Assembly: GCA_015486615.1 (NCBI GenBank)
Contig: WFRI01000090.1
Location: forward strand, 1,608-65,607
Length of the DNA: 64,000 nt
Origin: Candidatus Omnitrophota bacterium
GTDB taxonomy: Bacteria > Omnitrophota > Gorgyraeia > Duberdicusellales > Duberdicusellaceae
Direction: 5' to 3'
Within the stretch, counting starts at the first letter, position 1; each line of letters begins with the position of its first letter. The notes under the pieces were generated by a model, which was not told where the DNA came from, did not search any database, and saw nothing but the letters and a program-made list of their open reading frames with translations. This document shows positions 10,078 to 19,096 of this stretch, piece by piece. The translations under genes and the position numbers were made by a program.

Positions 10078-11095
10078 AAAACTGCCTCAAAAACTTTTTA
10101 TGGTTAGAAAAAAACAAACGGATATCGCTGATTCCGTATTTAAGCATTGCTATTCTTTCTACTCCCATGCCAAAAGCAAACCCCTGGAATTTTGCGGGGT
10201 TAATCTTTACTGCCCTTAAAACATTGGGATGAATCATTCCACAGCCTAAAATCTCCAGCCAGCCGCTGTGTTTACATACAGGACAGCCTTTTCCTGAACA
10301 GAGCAAACAGGATATATCCACCTCTGCCGAAGGTTCAGTAAATGGAAAGAAGTGCGGCCTAAACCGCAAACGGGTATCAGCAGAAAAAACCCTGCGGCCA
10401 AATTCCACAAGCACGCCTTTTAAGTGGGAAAAATTAATCTCCCTGTCCACTGCAAAACCTTCAATCTGGTGAAACATAAACGAATGCGAAGCATCAACAT
10501 TGTCCGGCCGGTAAACTTTTCCCGGCACAACAACCGCTAAAGGCGGTTTTCTTTTTTCCATAATTCTTATCTGCGAAGGCGAAGTATGACTGCGCAGGAG
10601 GTATCTGCCCTGAGTCCTATCTGCAGGGAGCTGCAAATAAAAAGTATCAAAAGCATCCCGCGATGGATGGTCCAAAGGAATATTTAACGCCTGAAAATTA
10701 TATTTCTCAGTTTCAATCTCACTGCCCTGCTGAACCTCAAAACCCAAATCTTCAAAAACCCGGCAAATCTCATTGATAACATTTGTTAAAGGATGGCTGC
10801 CGGCAATTTCTACAGGAAAACCCGGCAAACTAATATCTATACCCTGTTCCTGTTTTTGCAGACTTTTTTGCTTCTCCTCTAAAAGGCTGAAAATTTCCTT
10901 TTTTACGCTGTTTAAAGTTTTGCCGGCTAAAGGTCTCTGCTCCGGGGCAAGCGAAGCAATACTTTGAGAAGCATTTGCCAGGAAGGATTTTCTGCCTAAA
11001 AACCGCGTCTGCAAATCCCGAATCTGCTGGATAGTCTGGACAGAATTTATTGCTTGTCTTGCCTGTTCTGAAATTTCTTTTAATTTATTCAGCAT
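10067..11095 (-). CDS. pheS: Phenylalanyl-tRNA synthetase alpha subunit
   Basis: HPSRD..DTFY, LRSHTSP, FHQIEG, FPFTEPS, GFAFGMGVER. Confidence 0.97.
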   Translation of the reverse strand: MLNKLKEISEQARQAINSVQTIQQIRDLQTRFLGRKSFLANASQSIASLAPEQRPLAGKTLNSVKKEIFSLLEEKQKSLQKQEQGIDISLPGFPVEIAGSHPLTNVINEICRVFEDLGFEVQQGSEIETEKYNFQALNIPLDHPSRDAFDTFYLQLPADRTQGRYLLRSHTSPSQIRIMEKRKPPLAVVVPGKVYRPDNVDASHSFMFHQIEGFAVDREINFSHLKGVLVEFGRRVFSADTRLRFRPHFFPFTEPSAEVDISCLLCSGKGCPVCKHSGWLEILGCGMIHPNVLRAVKINPAKFQGFAFGMGVERIAMLKYGISDIRLFFSNHKKFLRQFYEV

Positions 11096-11573
11096 TTTTC
11101 CTGCCTCCCTTGGCCAAAACAAATATTAAGGCGCAGGCAAGAAAAGAAGCAAAAAGCACCAGGGCAGTATTTTTTTCCCGGAGCAAGACTTTATCTGCAA
11201 ACCTGCAGCCAGGTTTTACCCGCTCAATCACTTTGGCTGTTACTACCGGGCCTGTATTTTTCTTAAAGTCCCGGGTTAATATCCCCTTTACTTCAATTGT
11301 ATCACCGATTGTATTATACCCGCCTTTATATTTTACCGGGGGTATCTTCACCCCTTTGGGTGCCCATACGCTAACCAGCCTGTCTTTAACCAATAAATTT
11401 ATCCAGGAACCTTTGGCCCTGGAGAAAATGTCTAAGACCTCCCCGGAAAATGAGATTTCCCTGGGAATTACTGCCTTGCTCTTACCGAAAATCGGCGCAG
11501 GAAAAGAAGAAGACATAGGCAAAAGGAATACTCCTAATAAAACCAGCGAAAATATATATTTTGGCTTAAACAT
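11085..11573 (-). CDS. Exported OB-fold-like protein with C-terminal TM
   Basis: Signal-like N-terminus, beta-rich core with GDTIEVKG, C-terminal hydrophobic helix; start coupled to the trkH stop. Confidence 0.7.
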   Translation of the reverse strand: MFKPKYIFSLVLLGVFLLPMSSSFPAPIFGKSKAVIPREISFSGEVLDIFSRAKGSWINLLVKDRLVSVWAPKGVKIPPVKYKGGYNTIGDTIEVKGILTRDFKKNTGPVVTAKVIERVKPGCRFADKVLLREKNTALVLFASFLACALIFVLAKGGRKNAE

Positions 11574-13069
11574 TATCTCCTGCGGAAAACCGAAATTAAA
11601 AGCCCTAAAGAAATCACTACAGCCACGAATTCCAGCCGGCCCAGCCACATCTGGATAATATAAGTTATTTTTAATCCTGCAGGCATAGCCGGGCAGGTAA
11701 TCCCCAAAGACAGGCCTACATTTGCCGCGGCTGAAGTAGATTCAAACAAAGCCGGCAGGAATTTATATCCATAAAACATCCCAATAATCCCCCCGGCTAA
11801 ATAACTTAACAAATAAAGAAGAAAAATAAAAAATGCTGCCTTGATTCTTTTGTCGTCTAAAACGGCATCTGAAAGATGGTGGTATTTTGCCGCAAGTCTG
11901 GCATTAGAAGGATATATTTTCTCCCGTATCTCCCAGACAACTCCCTTAAACAAAAAAGCCAAACGCATAAGTTTTATTCCGCCGGTTGTAGAACACACTC
12001 CGCCGCCAATAGCCATAGCAATGATTAAAACCACCAGCCCTCCCTGAGGCCAGGAATCAAGCCATCCGGGGTATAAATTACTGAACCCGCAGCCGCTGTG
12101 AGCAGAAATTAACTGGTATATTCCCTGCCTAAACCCCTCGCTTAGGCTTAAATGGCCAAGATTTACCAAAAACACAGTCATTAAAACGGTTAGAGTGGTA
12201 AACGAAAAAAAGAAAGCCCGCATCTCTATATTTTGCCAGGCTTCTTTTTTCTTCCTCAGCCACAGATAATAATGCAGGTTAAAATTCAAAGAGCCTAAAA
12301 ACATCAAAACCAAAGTAGCAATTTCCAGAGCAAAACTGTGATAATAAAAAATCCCGCCAGAGCGGGGAGTAAAACCTCCAGTATCAAACCCGGCCATAAA
12401 CAGAAAAACTCCGTGCAAAACAGATTTAAGCAAAGGCACTCCCTGCCAGAAAAGAATTCCTGCCAAAACCGCTGTACCTAAAATTAAATACACAAAACTT
12501 ACTGCCCAGATAAACCGCGCCGTGTCTATAACATTAGGCAGAATTTTTTCGTCCCTGGCCTCGCCCCAATACAAGCCCACAGCCGTAGAAGTAGCCTTAA
12601 TCAAAAAAGACAAAGCAATAATCACTATACCCTGGCCGCCTAAAAACATAGTCAAATGCCGCCAGGCATTGACTGAAAAAGACATATGGTCTATATCTCT
12701 GACTAAACTCAAACCCGTAGTAGCAAATCCGCTCATAGCCTCAAAAAAAGCATCTAAAAAACCGCCAAAATGCCCGGACATCCACAAAGGCAAAGCGCCG
12801 AATAGAGAAGCCACCAGCCAGGACAAAGAAACAATTACAAAAGCCAAAGCCGGACGAATGTCTTTTTTTAACGGGAACACTATCATTAACAAAAAACCTG
12901 CCAGCCCAGTAAAAGAAAGCGACAAGAGAAAATCCCAAAAAGGCTTTTGCTCTCTCAAGGCAAAAGCAATCACTAAAGGGATAACCATAGCCAGAGTTAA
13001 CCCCAATAAAAGCCTGCCTAAAATATGCAGGATACCAGCAAACTCTTCTTTATCCGGGGAAAAAATCAT
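11573..13069 (-). CDS. trkH: Trk potassium uptake membrane protein
   Basis: FEAMSGFATTG, STTGGIK, FESTSAAANVG, MWLGRLE. Confidence 0.93.
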   Translation of the reverse strand: MIFSPDKEEFAGILHILGRLLLGLTLAMVIPLVIAFALREQKPFWDFLLSLSFTGLAGFLLMIVFPLKKDIRPALAFVIVSLSWLVASLFGALPLWMSGHFGGFLDAFFEAMSGFATTGLSLVRDIDHMSFSVNAWRHLTMFLGGQGIVIIALSFLIKATSTAVGLYWGEARDEKILPNVIDTARFIWAVSFVYLILGTAVLAGILFWQGVPLLKSVLHGVFLFMAGFDTGGFTPRSGGIFYYHSFALEIATLVLMFLGSLNFNLHYYLWLRKKKEAWQNIEMRAFFFSFTTLTVLMTVFLVNLGHLSLSEGFRQGIYQLISAHSGCGFSNLYPGWLDSWPQGGLVVLIIAMAIGGGVCSTTGGIKLMRLAFLFKGVVWEIREKIYPSNARLAAKYHHLSDAVLDDKRIKAAFFIFLLYLLSYLAGGIIGMFYGYKFLPALFESTSAAANVGLSLGITCPAMPAGLKITYIIQMWLGRLEFVAVVISLGLLISVFRRR

Positions 13070-13076
13070 TTTGCGG

Positions 13077-13175
13077 CTAAAAGATAAATGCGGTAATTAA
13101 TATCACCAGCCAGCCCCAAATCAAAAACGCCAGGCCAAAACTTACTTCCAGCAATATGCCCAAAAAGATTTTCAT
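13077..13175 (-). CDS. 32-aa single-TM small protein (not in ORF track)
   Basis: MKIFLGILLEVSFGLAFLIWGWLVILITAFIF; ATG overlaps the trkA stop and the ORF fills the trkA-trkH gap. Confidence 0.65.
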   Translation of the reverse strand: MKIFLGILLEVSFGLAFLIWGWLVILITAFIF

Positions 13176-13834
13176 AATTTCCCTACTAACAAGTCAATCA
13201 AGTCTTTTTCTTTGTCTATGCTGGTCAAAGCAATTATTTCGTCCCCGGAAGAAATCTTCGTATCTCCGCGGGGGATAATTACATCCGCAGCCCTTAATAT
13301 AGACACAAGCACAGAATCCTGCGGCAGTTTAATATCTTTTATAAGTTTATTAATCACCGGCGAATTTTCCGGTATATCCACCCGGACAATGGACAAACGG
13401 CCTCTTTTAATGCTTAACAAGTTGATAAAATCCGTAAAAGAAGCCTCTTCTTCCACTACTCTGGCTAAAATAGAAGTGGAATCAATGGGCACATCTATGC
13501 CTAAAGATGAAAAGACTTTAATATTCTGCGGGTTGTTAACTTTAGCGATTGTCCGTTTAACCCCGAAAACTTCCCTGGCAATCTGGCAGATAACTATATT
13601 GTCTTCATCCTGCGGGGTCAAAGCTACAACAACATCAGCCTTGCCAGCCCGGGCATTTTTCAAAACATCCGGCCGGCTGCCGTCACCCTGCAGCACAGTC
13701 AGTGAAGAATTCTGTGCAACCTCACCACACACAGCAGGGTTCTTCTCCACCAAAGCCACAATGTGGCTGTCAGCGGTTAACTTTTTGGAGAGAAAAAAAC
13801 CAACTTTGCCTGCTCCTACAATTATAATATACAT
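13172..13834 (-). CDS. trkA: TrkA family RCK protein (N and C domains)
   Basis: GAGKVG Rossmann motif, TrkA-C (IIPRGDTKI..GD). Confidence 0.92.
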   Translation of the reverse strand: MYIIIVGAGKVGFFLSKKLTADSHIVALVEKNPAVCGEVAQNSSLTVLQGDGSRPDVLKNARAGKADVVVALTPQDEDNIVICQIAREVFGVKRTIAKVNNPQNIKVFSSLGIDVPIDSTSILARVVEEEASFTDFINLLSIKRGRLSIVRVDIPENSPVINKLIKDIKLPQDSVLVSILRAADVIIPRGDTKISSGDEIIALTSIDKEKDLIDLLVGKL

Positions 13835-14217
13835 TTTTTAAATTCGCCTAAAAACAAATTGCTGCGGTTGATAACAGTAATTCCCTTATTTTTGACTAAA
13901 ACGGTTTTGCTGTCGTCGTAAACCTGAATAACTATTTTTTTAACCTTAAAAATCTTCTGCGCTATCTGGGCAGCAACTAAGTTTAAATTGTCATTACCGG
14001 TAACCCCGTAAACCGCATCGGCCTGCTGAAGGTTTGCTTTGTCTAAAACTTCTAAACTAAGGCCTTCACCCTGCAAAGCAATACCGTTAAACCGGTCAGA
14101 CAAAACGTTTAAAGCCCGCGGGTTTCTGTCCACCACCACGATATTGTGCCGCTGGGAAGAAAACTCCTCAGCCAAACGGCTGCCTAATTTTCCACAGCCA
14201 ATAATAACAATATACAT
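13822..14217 (-). CDS. TrkA-N single-domain protein
   Basis: GCGKLG, VTGNDNLN. Confidence 0.88.
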   Translation of the reverse strand: MYIVIIGCGKLGSRLAEEFSSQRHNIVVVDRNPRALNVLSDRFNGIALQGEGLSLEVLDKANLQQADAVYGVTGNDNLNLVAAQIAQKIFKVKKIVIQVYDDSKTVLVKNKGITVINRSNLFLGEFKKCIL

Positions 14218-14220
14218 TAC

Positions 14221-14571
14221 TCAGACTTTTTTTGCAGTTTCTGCCAACTTATCAAAAACTTCCGGCTCTTCCACTGCTATCTGGGCTAAAATATCCCGGG
14301 AAATCTCAACCTTGGCTTTTTTCAGCCCAGCAATAAATTCCCGGTAAGTCAAGCCGCGTTCTCTGGCCGCAGCATTAACCCGCATTATCCACAAGGACCT
14401 ATACTGGCGTTTCTTCTGTTTTCTGTGCTGGTAAGCATAAGTCAACCCTTTAGTTAAAGTTTCCTTGGCCCGGCGTAAACGTTTAGAACGTTCGCCCCTT
14501 GCGCCTTTTACCTGTTTTAAGACTTTTTTCCTCCTTTGTCTGGATGCTACAGCATTTCTTGCTCTGGCCAT
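14221..14571 (-). CDS. rplT: 50S ribosomal protein L20
   Basis: R.LWI.RVNAAAR motif; synteny. Confidence 0.97.
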   Translation of the reverse strand: MARARNAVASRQRRKKVLKQVKGARGERSKRLRRAKETLTKGLTYAYQHRKQKKRQYRSLWIMRVNAAARERGLTYREFIAGLKKAKVEISRDILAQIAVEEPEVFDKLAETAKKV

Positions 14572-14630
14572 TGATTTACCCTCCTGTTTTCTCCAACTGC
14601 CCCATTGCCCGGCAGCAGATTAATTTAATC

Positions 14631-14837
14631 TTAAGCGCCGTAAGGCAGGGCGCGTTTAACCATTTTCTTATAAGGACCTGCTATCTCTGTTGTTTTTCTA
14701 AGCCGCCTTTTTCTACTGGACGTTTTTGAAGACAACAGATGCGACTTGCCGGCTTTTTTTCTTAAAACTTTGCCGGTCCTGCTTATTTTAACCCGTTTTA
14801 ACAGGGATTTTTTTGTTTTAAGTTTCTTAACTGCCAT
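14631..14837 (-). CDS. rpmI: 50S ribosomal protein L35
   Basis: KLKTKK..KR..TGK..HLL; synteny. Confidence 0.96.
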   Translation of the reverse strand: MAVKKLKTKKSLLKRVKISRTGKVLRKKAGKSHLLSSKTSSRKRRLRKTTEIAGPYKKMVKRALPYGA

Positions 14838-14838
14838 C

Positions 14839-15354
14839 TCACTCCTTTCCCTTCGGCGACAAAACCATTACCAAATAACGACCTAACATCTGAGGTTGTT
14901 TGTCAATTTTTCCTATATCGTTTACATCCTGCGTTAATTTCTTAATAACAGCCTGCCCGATTTCCTTGTGAGCCATTTCCCGGCCTAAAAACAGCATTCT
15001 AATTCGGACTTTATCCCCCTTAGCCAGAAACTCTCTGGCCTTTTTAAGTTTAATCTGGTAATCATGCAGGCCTATATTAGGCCTAAGCCTTATTCCTTTA
15101 GTTCTTAGCCCCTTGCGGTGTTTTTTTGCTTCCCTTTCTTTTTTCTCCTGCTCATATTTATATTTGGAAAAATCCATAATCCGGCAAACCGGCGGGTTAA
15201 CCTGTGCGGCAACTTCTACTAAATCCAAATCATACTCTACAGCTTTAGCCAATCCTTCTTTCAAAGAAACAATACCTAACTGCTCACCTTCCGGACCGAT
15301 AAGCCTGATAGTAGATGCCCTAATTGCCCGGTTAATTCTCAACTGTTTAATAAT
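14839..15354 (-). CDS. infC: Translation initiation factor IF-3 with AUU start
   Basis: DLVEVA...PPVCRIMD; AGGAGG followed by in-frame ATT at 15354, the known autoregulatory start. Confidence 0.95.
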   Translation of the reverse strand: MIKQLRINRAIRASTIRLIGPEGEQLGIVSLKEGLAKAVEYDLDLVEVAAQVNPPVCRIMDFSKYKYEQEKKEREAKKHRKGLRTKGIRLRPNIGLHDYQIKLKKAREFLAKGDKVRIRMLFLGREMAHKEIGQAVIKKLTQDVNDIGKIDKQPQMLGRYLVMVLSPKGKE

Positions 15355-15460
15355 GCTCCACCTCCTGTTTAAATAAAATCTTAATTTCCCGAAGTTTACC
15401 CGTTTTCTTTTGGCAGGGAAATTCCGGTAAATTATGCCTACGCTAAAACCGGCCGCCATT

Positions 15461-15522
15461 AAAAAAACGCTGGCGCGTTTTTGGACACCTCGGGGCACAC
15501 TTTAAAAAATTAAAAATCAAAA
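15461..15522 (+). repeat. Dispersed palindromic element, copy 1
   Basis: AAAAACGC-TGGC-GCGTTTTT GGACACCTCGGGG followed by AAAAATCAAAATG. Confidence 0.8.
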
Positions 15523-15611
15523 TGTTTGGACAATTCTTCAAATCTGCCAAATCTTATTGAAAAATTAAAATTGTAATATATCTTGAATCATTTTGAATTT
15601 TTACATTAATT

Positions 15612-17345
15612 TCAATATTTAGGAATCTGGCTTTCCTGCAATTCCTGCCGGAAAATGTTCAAAAATTCCGCTATCGGCATACTGCCTAAAACTTTCCTGC
15701 CAAAAGCCCGGACATTTATTTCCCCCGCTGCCTGTTCTTTTTTGCCTACGACGATTATATAAAACGCTTTTTCTTTCTCTGCGCTGCGAATCTTTTTAGA
15801 TAAGGTCTCTTCTTCATAAGACACCTCAACCCGCACAGAGTTCTTCTCTAACTCTCTTTTAATCTCTTCGGCATAAGGCAGAAAATCCCTGCTGACCGGC
15901 ACAACCTTTACCTGTAAAGGGCAGAGCCAAAGAGGAAACCGCGCCTTATAATGCTCAGTCAAAGTAGCAATAAACCTTTCCAAACTGCCCAAAATTACCC
16001 GGTGAACCATAACTGGCTGTTGTTTCCGGCCCTGCTCGTCTATATAATACAAACCAAAACGCTGAGGCAGAGAGAAATCCAGCTGCACAGTGGCGCACTG
16101 CCATTTGCGTCCTAAAGCATCCTCCAATTTTATGTCAATCTTCGGACCATAAAAAGCCCCTTCCTGCGGATTTACAGAAAATTGTATCTTCCCTTTTTTT
16201 AACACATTTTCTAATATAGCCTCAGCCTTATCCCATAAAGCGGCCTCGCCGATAAATTTCTCCGGCCGGGTGCTTAATTCCGCCTCAAACTTACCAAAAC
16301 CAAAAACCTGCATTGCTTCTTTGACAAACACCAAAACTTTTTCTATCTCTTCTTCTAACTGTCCGGGCCGGCAGAAAATATGGGCGTCGTCCTGAGTGAA
16401 CCCCCGTACTCTTAACAGGCCGTGCAGAACTCCGCTTTTCTCATACCTATATACTGTTCCTAACTCAAAAATCTTCAAAGGCAGGTCCCTATAACTGCGG
16501 ATTTTCGTTTTATAAATCAGCATATGGCCGGGGCAATTCATCGGCTTTACACAAAAATCGCCTTCCGGAGTATTTATCAAATACATATATTCCCGGTAAA
16601 AATCCAAATGCCCGCTCTTCTGCCACAGGCCTGCGGCCATAATCTGAGGTGTGTTGACCATAATATAGCCGCGCTTTAAATGCTCCTTTATTTCCCAGTC
16701 TTCAATTATCCTTTTTAACACTGCTCCGCGTTTCAAGTAAAAAACAAGTCCCGGGCCTGCTTGTTCCGGGAAAAAATCAAACAACTCAGTTTCAACTCCT
16801 AATTTTCTGTGATCCCGTTTCTTTGCTTCTTCTCTCGCCGCCAAATAACTTTCCAACTCTTTTTGGCTGAAAAACGCTGTCCCGTATATTCTCTGCATCA
16901 TAGGGTTTCCTTCTTTCCCCCGCCAATAAGCGCCGGACACCGTCAATAATCTAAAAGCCTTCACCTGTCCGGTATTGTTTATATGCGGCCCCCGGCATAA
17001 ATCCGAAAAACCTCCGTTGGAATAGAAAGAAACCTCTTTGTCTGGAATGTCCTTTAATAATTCCAATTTGAACGGTTCATCTTTCAATAATTCCCCTGCT
17101 TGTTCTTTAGAAAGAACTTTCTTTTCAAAAGGTTCGGCACGGTCAATAATCTCCTGCATTTTCCGGGAAATTTTTTCTAAATCATCGGGGCTAAAACCTT
17201 TCTCCCAAAGAAAATCGTAATAAAATCCCTCCTTAATTGCCGGCCCAATGCCTAACTTAACCTGCGGATAAAGTTCTTTTACGGACGCAGCCAAAATATG
17301 TGCGCAACTGTGCCTTAATGTTTCTAATGAAAAGGGGTTACTCAT
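15612..17345 (-). CDS. thrS: Threonyl-tRNA synthetase (no N-terminal TGS domain)
   Basis: RHSCAH, DLCRGPH, RDHRKLG, KPMNCPGH, RVRGFTQDDAH, GSLERF. Confidence 0.97.
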   Translation of the reverse strand: MSNPFSLETLRHSCAHILAASVKELYPQVKLGIGPAIKEGFYYDFLWEKGFSPDDLEKISRKMQEIIDRAEPFEKKVLSKEQAGELLKDEPFKLELLKDIPDKEVSFYSNGGFSDLCRGPHINNTGQVKAFRLLTVSGAYWRGKEGNPMMQRIYGTAFFSQKELESYLAAREEAKKRDHRKLGVETELFDFFPEQAGPGLVFYLKRGAVLKRIIEDWEIKEHLKRGYIMVNTPQIMAAGLWQKSGHLDFYREYMYLINTPEGDFCVKPMNCPGHMLIYKTKIRSYRDLPLKIFELGTVYRYEKSGVLHGLLRVRGFTQDDAHIFCRPGQLEEEIEKVLVFVKEAMQVFGFGKFEAELSTRPEKFIGEAALWDKAEAILENVLKKGKIQFSVNPQEGAFYGPKIDIKLEDALGRKWQCATVQLDFSLPQRFGLYYIDEQGRKQQPVMVHRVILGSLERFIATLTEHYKARFPLWLCPLQVKVVPVSRDFLPYAEEIKRELEKNSVRVEVSYEEETLSKKIRSAEKEKAFYIIVVGKKEQAAGEINVRAFGRKVLGSMPIAEFLNIFRQELQESQIPKY

Positions 17346-18411
17346 TATCGTCAGAAAAAATTGATTCGTCAAGCAAGCCTTCTCTCTGGAAAGCATTAAA
17401 AAACAAAGGATACATCCTCATTGAAGGCTTAAGGTATCCTAAAATTTTGCCGTTTTCATCCCGGCCTTTCTTACGAAATTTAAACAAATCCTGTAAAACT
17501 ATTTCTCCTCTTTCTGTACCCCGCACTTCTGAAATATAAGTAATATGCCGAGTTCCGTCATCAAATTTTTCCTGCTGGACAATTATGTTTATAGTATCCG
17601 CTATCATTCTGCGAATATCCGGCAGGGAAAGTTTTATCCCGCTGCTCAAAATTAAAGCCTCCAGCCGGGCTAAAACCTGCAAAGGCGAGTTGCCATGAAC
17701 AGCCGCCAGTGTCCCTTTGTGGCCGGTAGACATTGCCTGAATCATATCTAAAGACTCCGCCCCCCTGACTTCTCCGATAATCAGCCTGTCCGGCCGCATA
17801 CGCAGGGAATTGCGGATAAGGTCAGAAAGAGACACGCCTCCTTTACCCTGCTCGTCGGGATCTTTTGTCTCCAAAGAAATCAAATTGCTATGATGCAGTT
17901 TTAACTCCGCGGTATCCTCAATAGTAATTACCCTTTCCTGCTCCGGGATGTAGTAAGAAAGCATTTCCAAAGTCGTAGTCTTTCCGGTGCCTGTGCCTCC
18001 GGAAAAAATAATATTCAGTTTTCCTTTAATGCAGGCGATTAAAAAATCCGCAGCTTTGCGGCTAAGCGAACCCAACTTTACCAAATCGTCTAAGGAACGA
18101 ATATTTTGAGAGAACTTTCGGATAGTAACTGCAACCCCCTGCAGAACAGAAGGCGGAATTATCACATTAACCCGGGAGCCGTCTTCTAAACAAACATCCC
18201 CGTAAGGCCGGTTTTCATTTACCCTTTTTTCCCTTTTTGAAAAAATCTCATTAATCATAGATAAGATATCTTCATTGCCCGCAAACTTTATGTCGGTTAA
18301 GGTTTTAACCCCTCCCTTTTCTACAAATACCTTATCCGGCCCGTTAATCATAATTTCTGTAATATCGGGGTCCTCTAAAAGTTTATCTAAAATTTCTCTT
18401 GCAGCCGGCAT
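17338..18411 (-). CDS. tadA: TadA/CpaF pilus assembly ATPase
   Basis: DPDITEIMING, GGTGTGKTT, TIEDTAEL, LRMRPDRLIIGEVRG, TGH.G; start at ATG 18411 after the tRNA. Confidence 0.93.
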   Translation of the reverse strand: MPAAREILDKLLEDPDITEIMINGPDKVFVEKGGVKTLTDIKFAGNEDILSMINEIFSKREKRVNENRPYGDVCLEDGSRVNVIIPPSVLQGVAVTIRKFSQNIRSLDDLVKLGSLSRKAADFLIACIKGKLNIIFSGGTGTGKTTTLEMLSYYIPEQERVITIEDTAELKLHHSNLISLETKDPDEQGKGGVSLSDLIRNSLRMRPDRLIIGEVRGAESLDMIQAMSTGHKGTLAAVHGNSPLQVLARLEALILSSGIKLSLPDIRRMIADTINIIVQQEKFDDGTRHITYISEVRGTERGEIVLQDLFKFRKKGRDENGKILGYLKPSMRMYPLFFNAFQREGLLDESIFSDDNE

Positions 18412-18453
18412 ATACTCTTTGTCTTTCTTCTTTCGCCTTAGATAAATGCTGAC

Positions 18454-18527
18454 TGGGCGCAAGAGGAGTCGAACCTCTGGCCTCAACGATGTCAACGTTG
18501 CGCTCTAACCAACTGAGCTATGCGCCC
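18454..18527 (-). tRNA. tRNA-Val(GAC)
   Basis: GGGCGCATAGCTCAGTTGGTTAGAGC, anticodon loop TTGACAT, GGTTCGACTCC; CCA not encoded. Confidence 0.96.
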
Positions 18528-18582
18528 ATTTATACATATACGCATCTCGTTGTTAAGAAACCAGCGCAAAATAATTAAATAA

Positions 18583-18668
18583 TGCCGGGGAAGGGACTCG
18601 AACCCTTACGTTCCTCACGGAACATGGGATTTTAAGTCCCAGGCGTCTGCCAATTCCGCCACCCCGGC
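18583..18668 (-). tRNA. tRNA-Leu(TAA)
   Basis: GCCGGGGTGGCGGAATTGGCAGACG, loop CTTAAAA, long variable arm, GGTTCGAGTCC; CCA not encoded. Confidence 0.96.
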
Positions 18669-18672
18669 ATTA

Positions 18673-18894
18673 TTATTTCTTCTTTTTTTTGCTGCTAACA
18701 AATTTAACCAGCCCCAAGCGGGCCTCTTCAATCGCTATAGTGATTGGCTTATCTTCATTAACTGCCCCATCCACAAGAGGCCTGCTCCCCGCATCTATTT
18801 CCTGCGCCCGCATGGCAATGCCTACAATTAATTTGTACAAAGACCCGCCGGCTTTATCTAATAATTCTTCCAAAGAAATATAACCCGTTTTCAT
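18673..18894 (-). CDS. rpoZ: RNA polymerase omega subunit
   Basis: S.Y.L...A.RA..., KPITIAIEE; follows gmk. Confidence 0.92.
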   Translation of the reverse strand: MKTGYISLEELLDKAGGSLYKLIVGIAMRAQEIDAGSRPLVDGAVNEDKPITIAIEEARLGLVKFVSSKKKKK

Positions 18895-19032
18895 ATAGCC
18901 CCCTTGGTATAATTTTCATTAAAAACACTGCTTGAACTGGCTAAAATCAACATTATAACAAAATAACCAAATTCAAATATTCAAGCAAGAATACAGCAAT
19001 GTTTGATTATTACCACTACGCCTTTTTACCAG

Positions 19033-19096
19033 CACCCACCTCGGGGATGAAAAAATTCCACCCCCGAGAGGTTAAAAAGCGCGTCAGCGTTTTTTA
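19033..19096 (-). repeat. Dispersed palindromic element, copy 2, with inverted duplicate of the CCTCGGGG module
   Basis: Minus strand AAAAAACGC-TGAC-GCGCTTTTT AACCTCTCGGGGGTGGAA..TTCATCCCCGAGG. Confidence 0.8.

Noticed and set aside
15355-15498. N-terminal extension of infC in the ORF track
   Set aside because: It runs through the leader and a repeat; SD plus ATT at 15354 is the expected start
18412-18495. N-terminal extension of tadA
   Set aside because: It overlaps tRNA-Val
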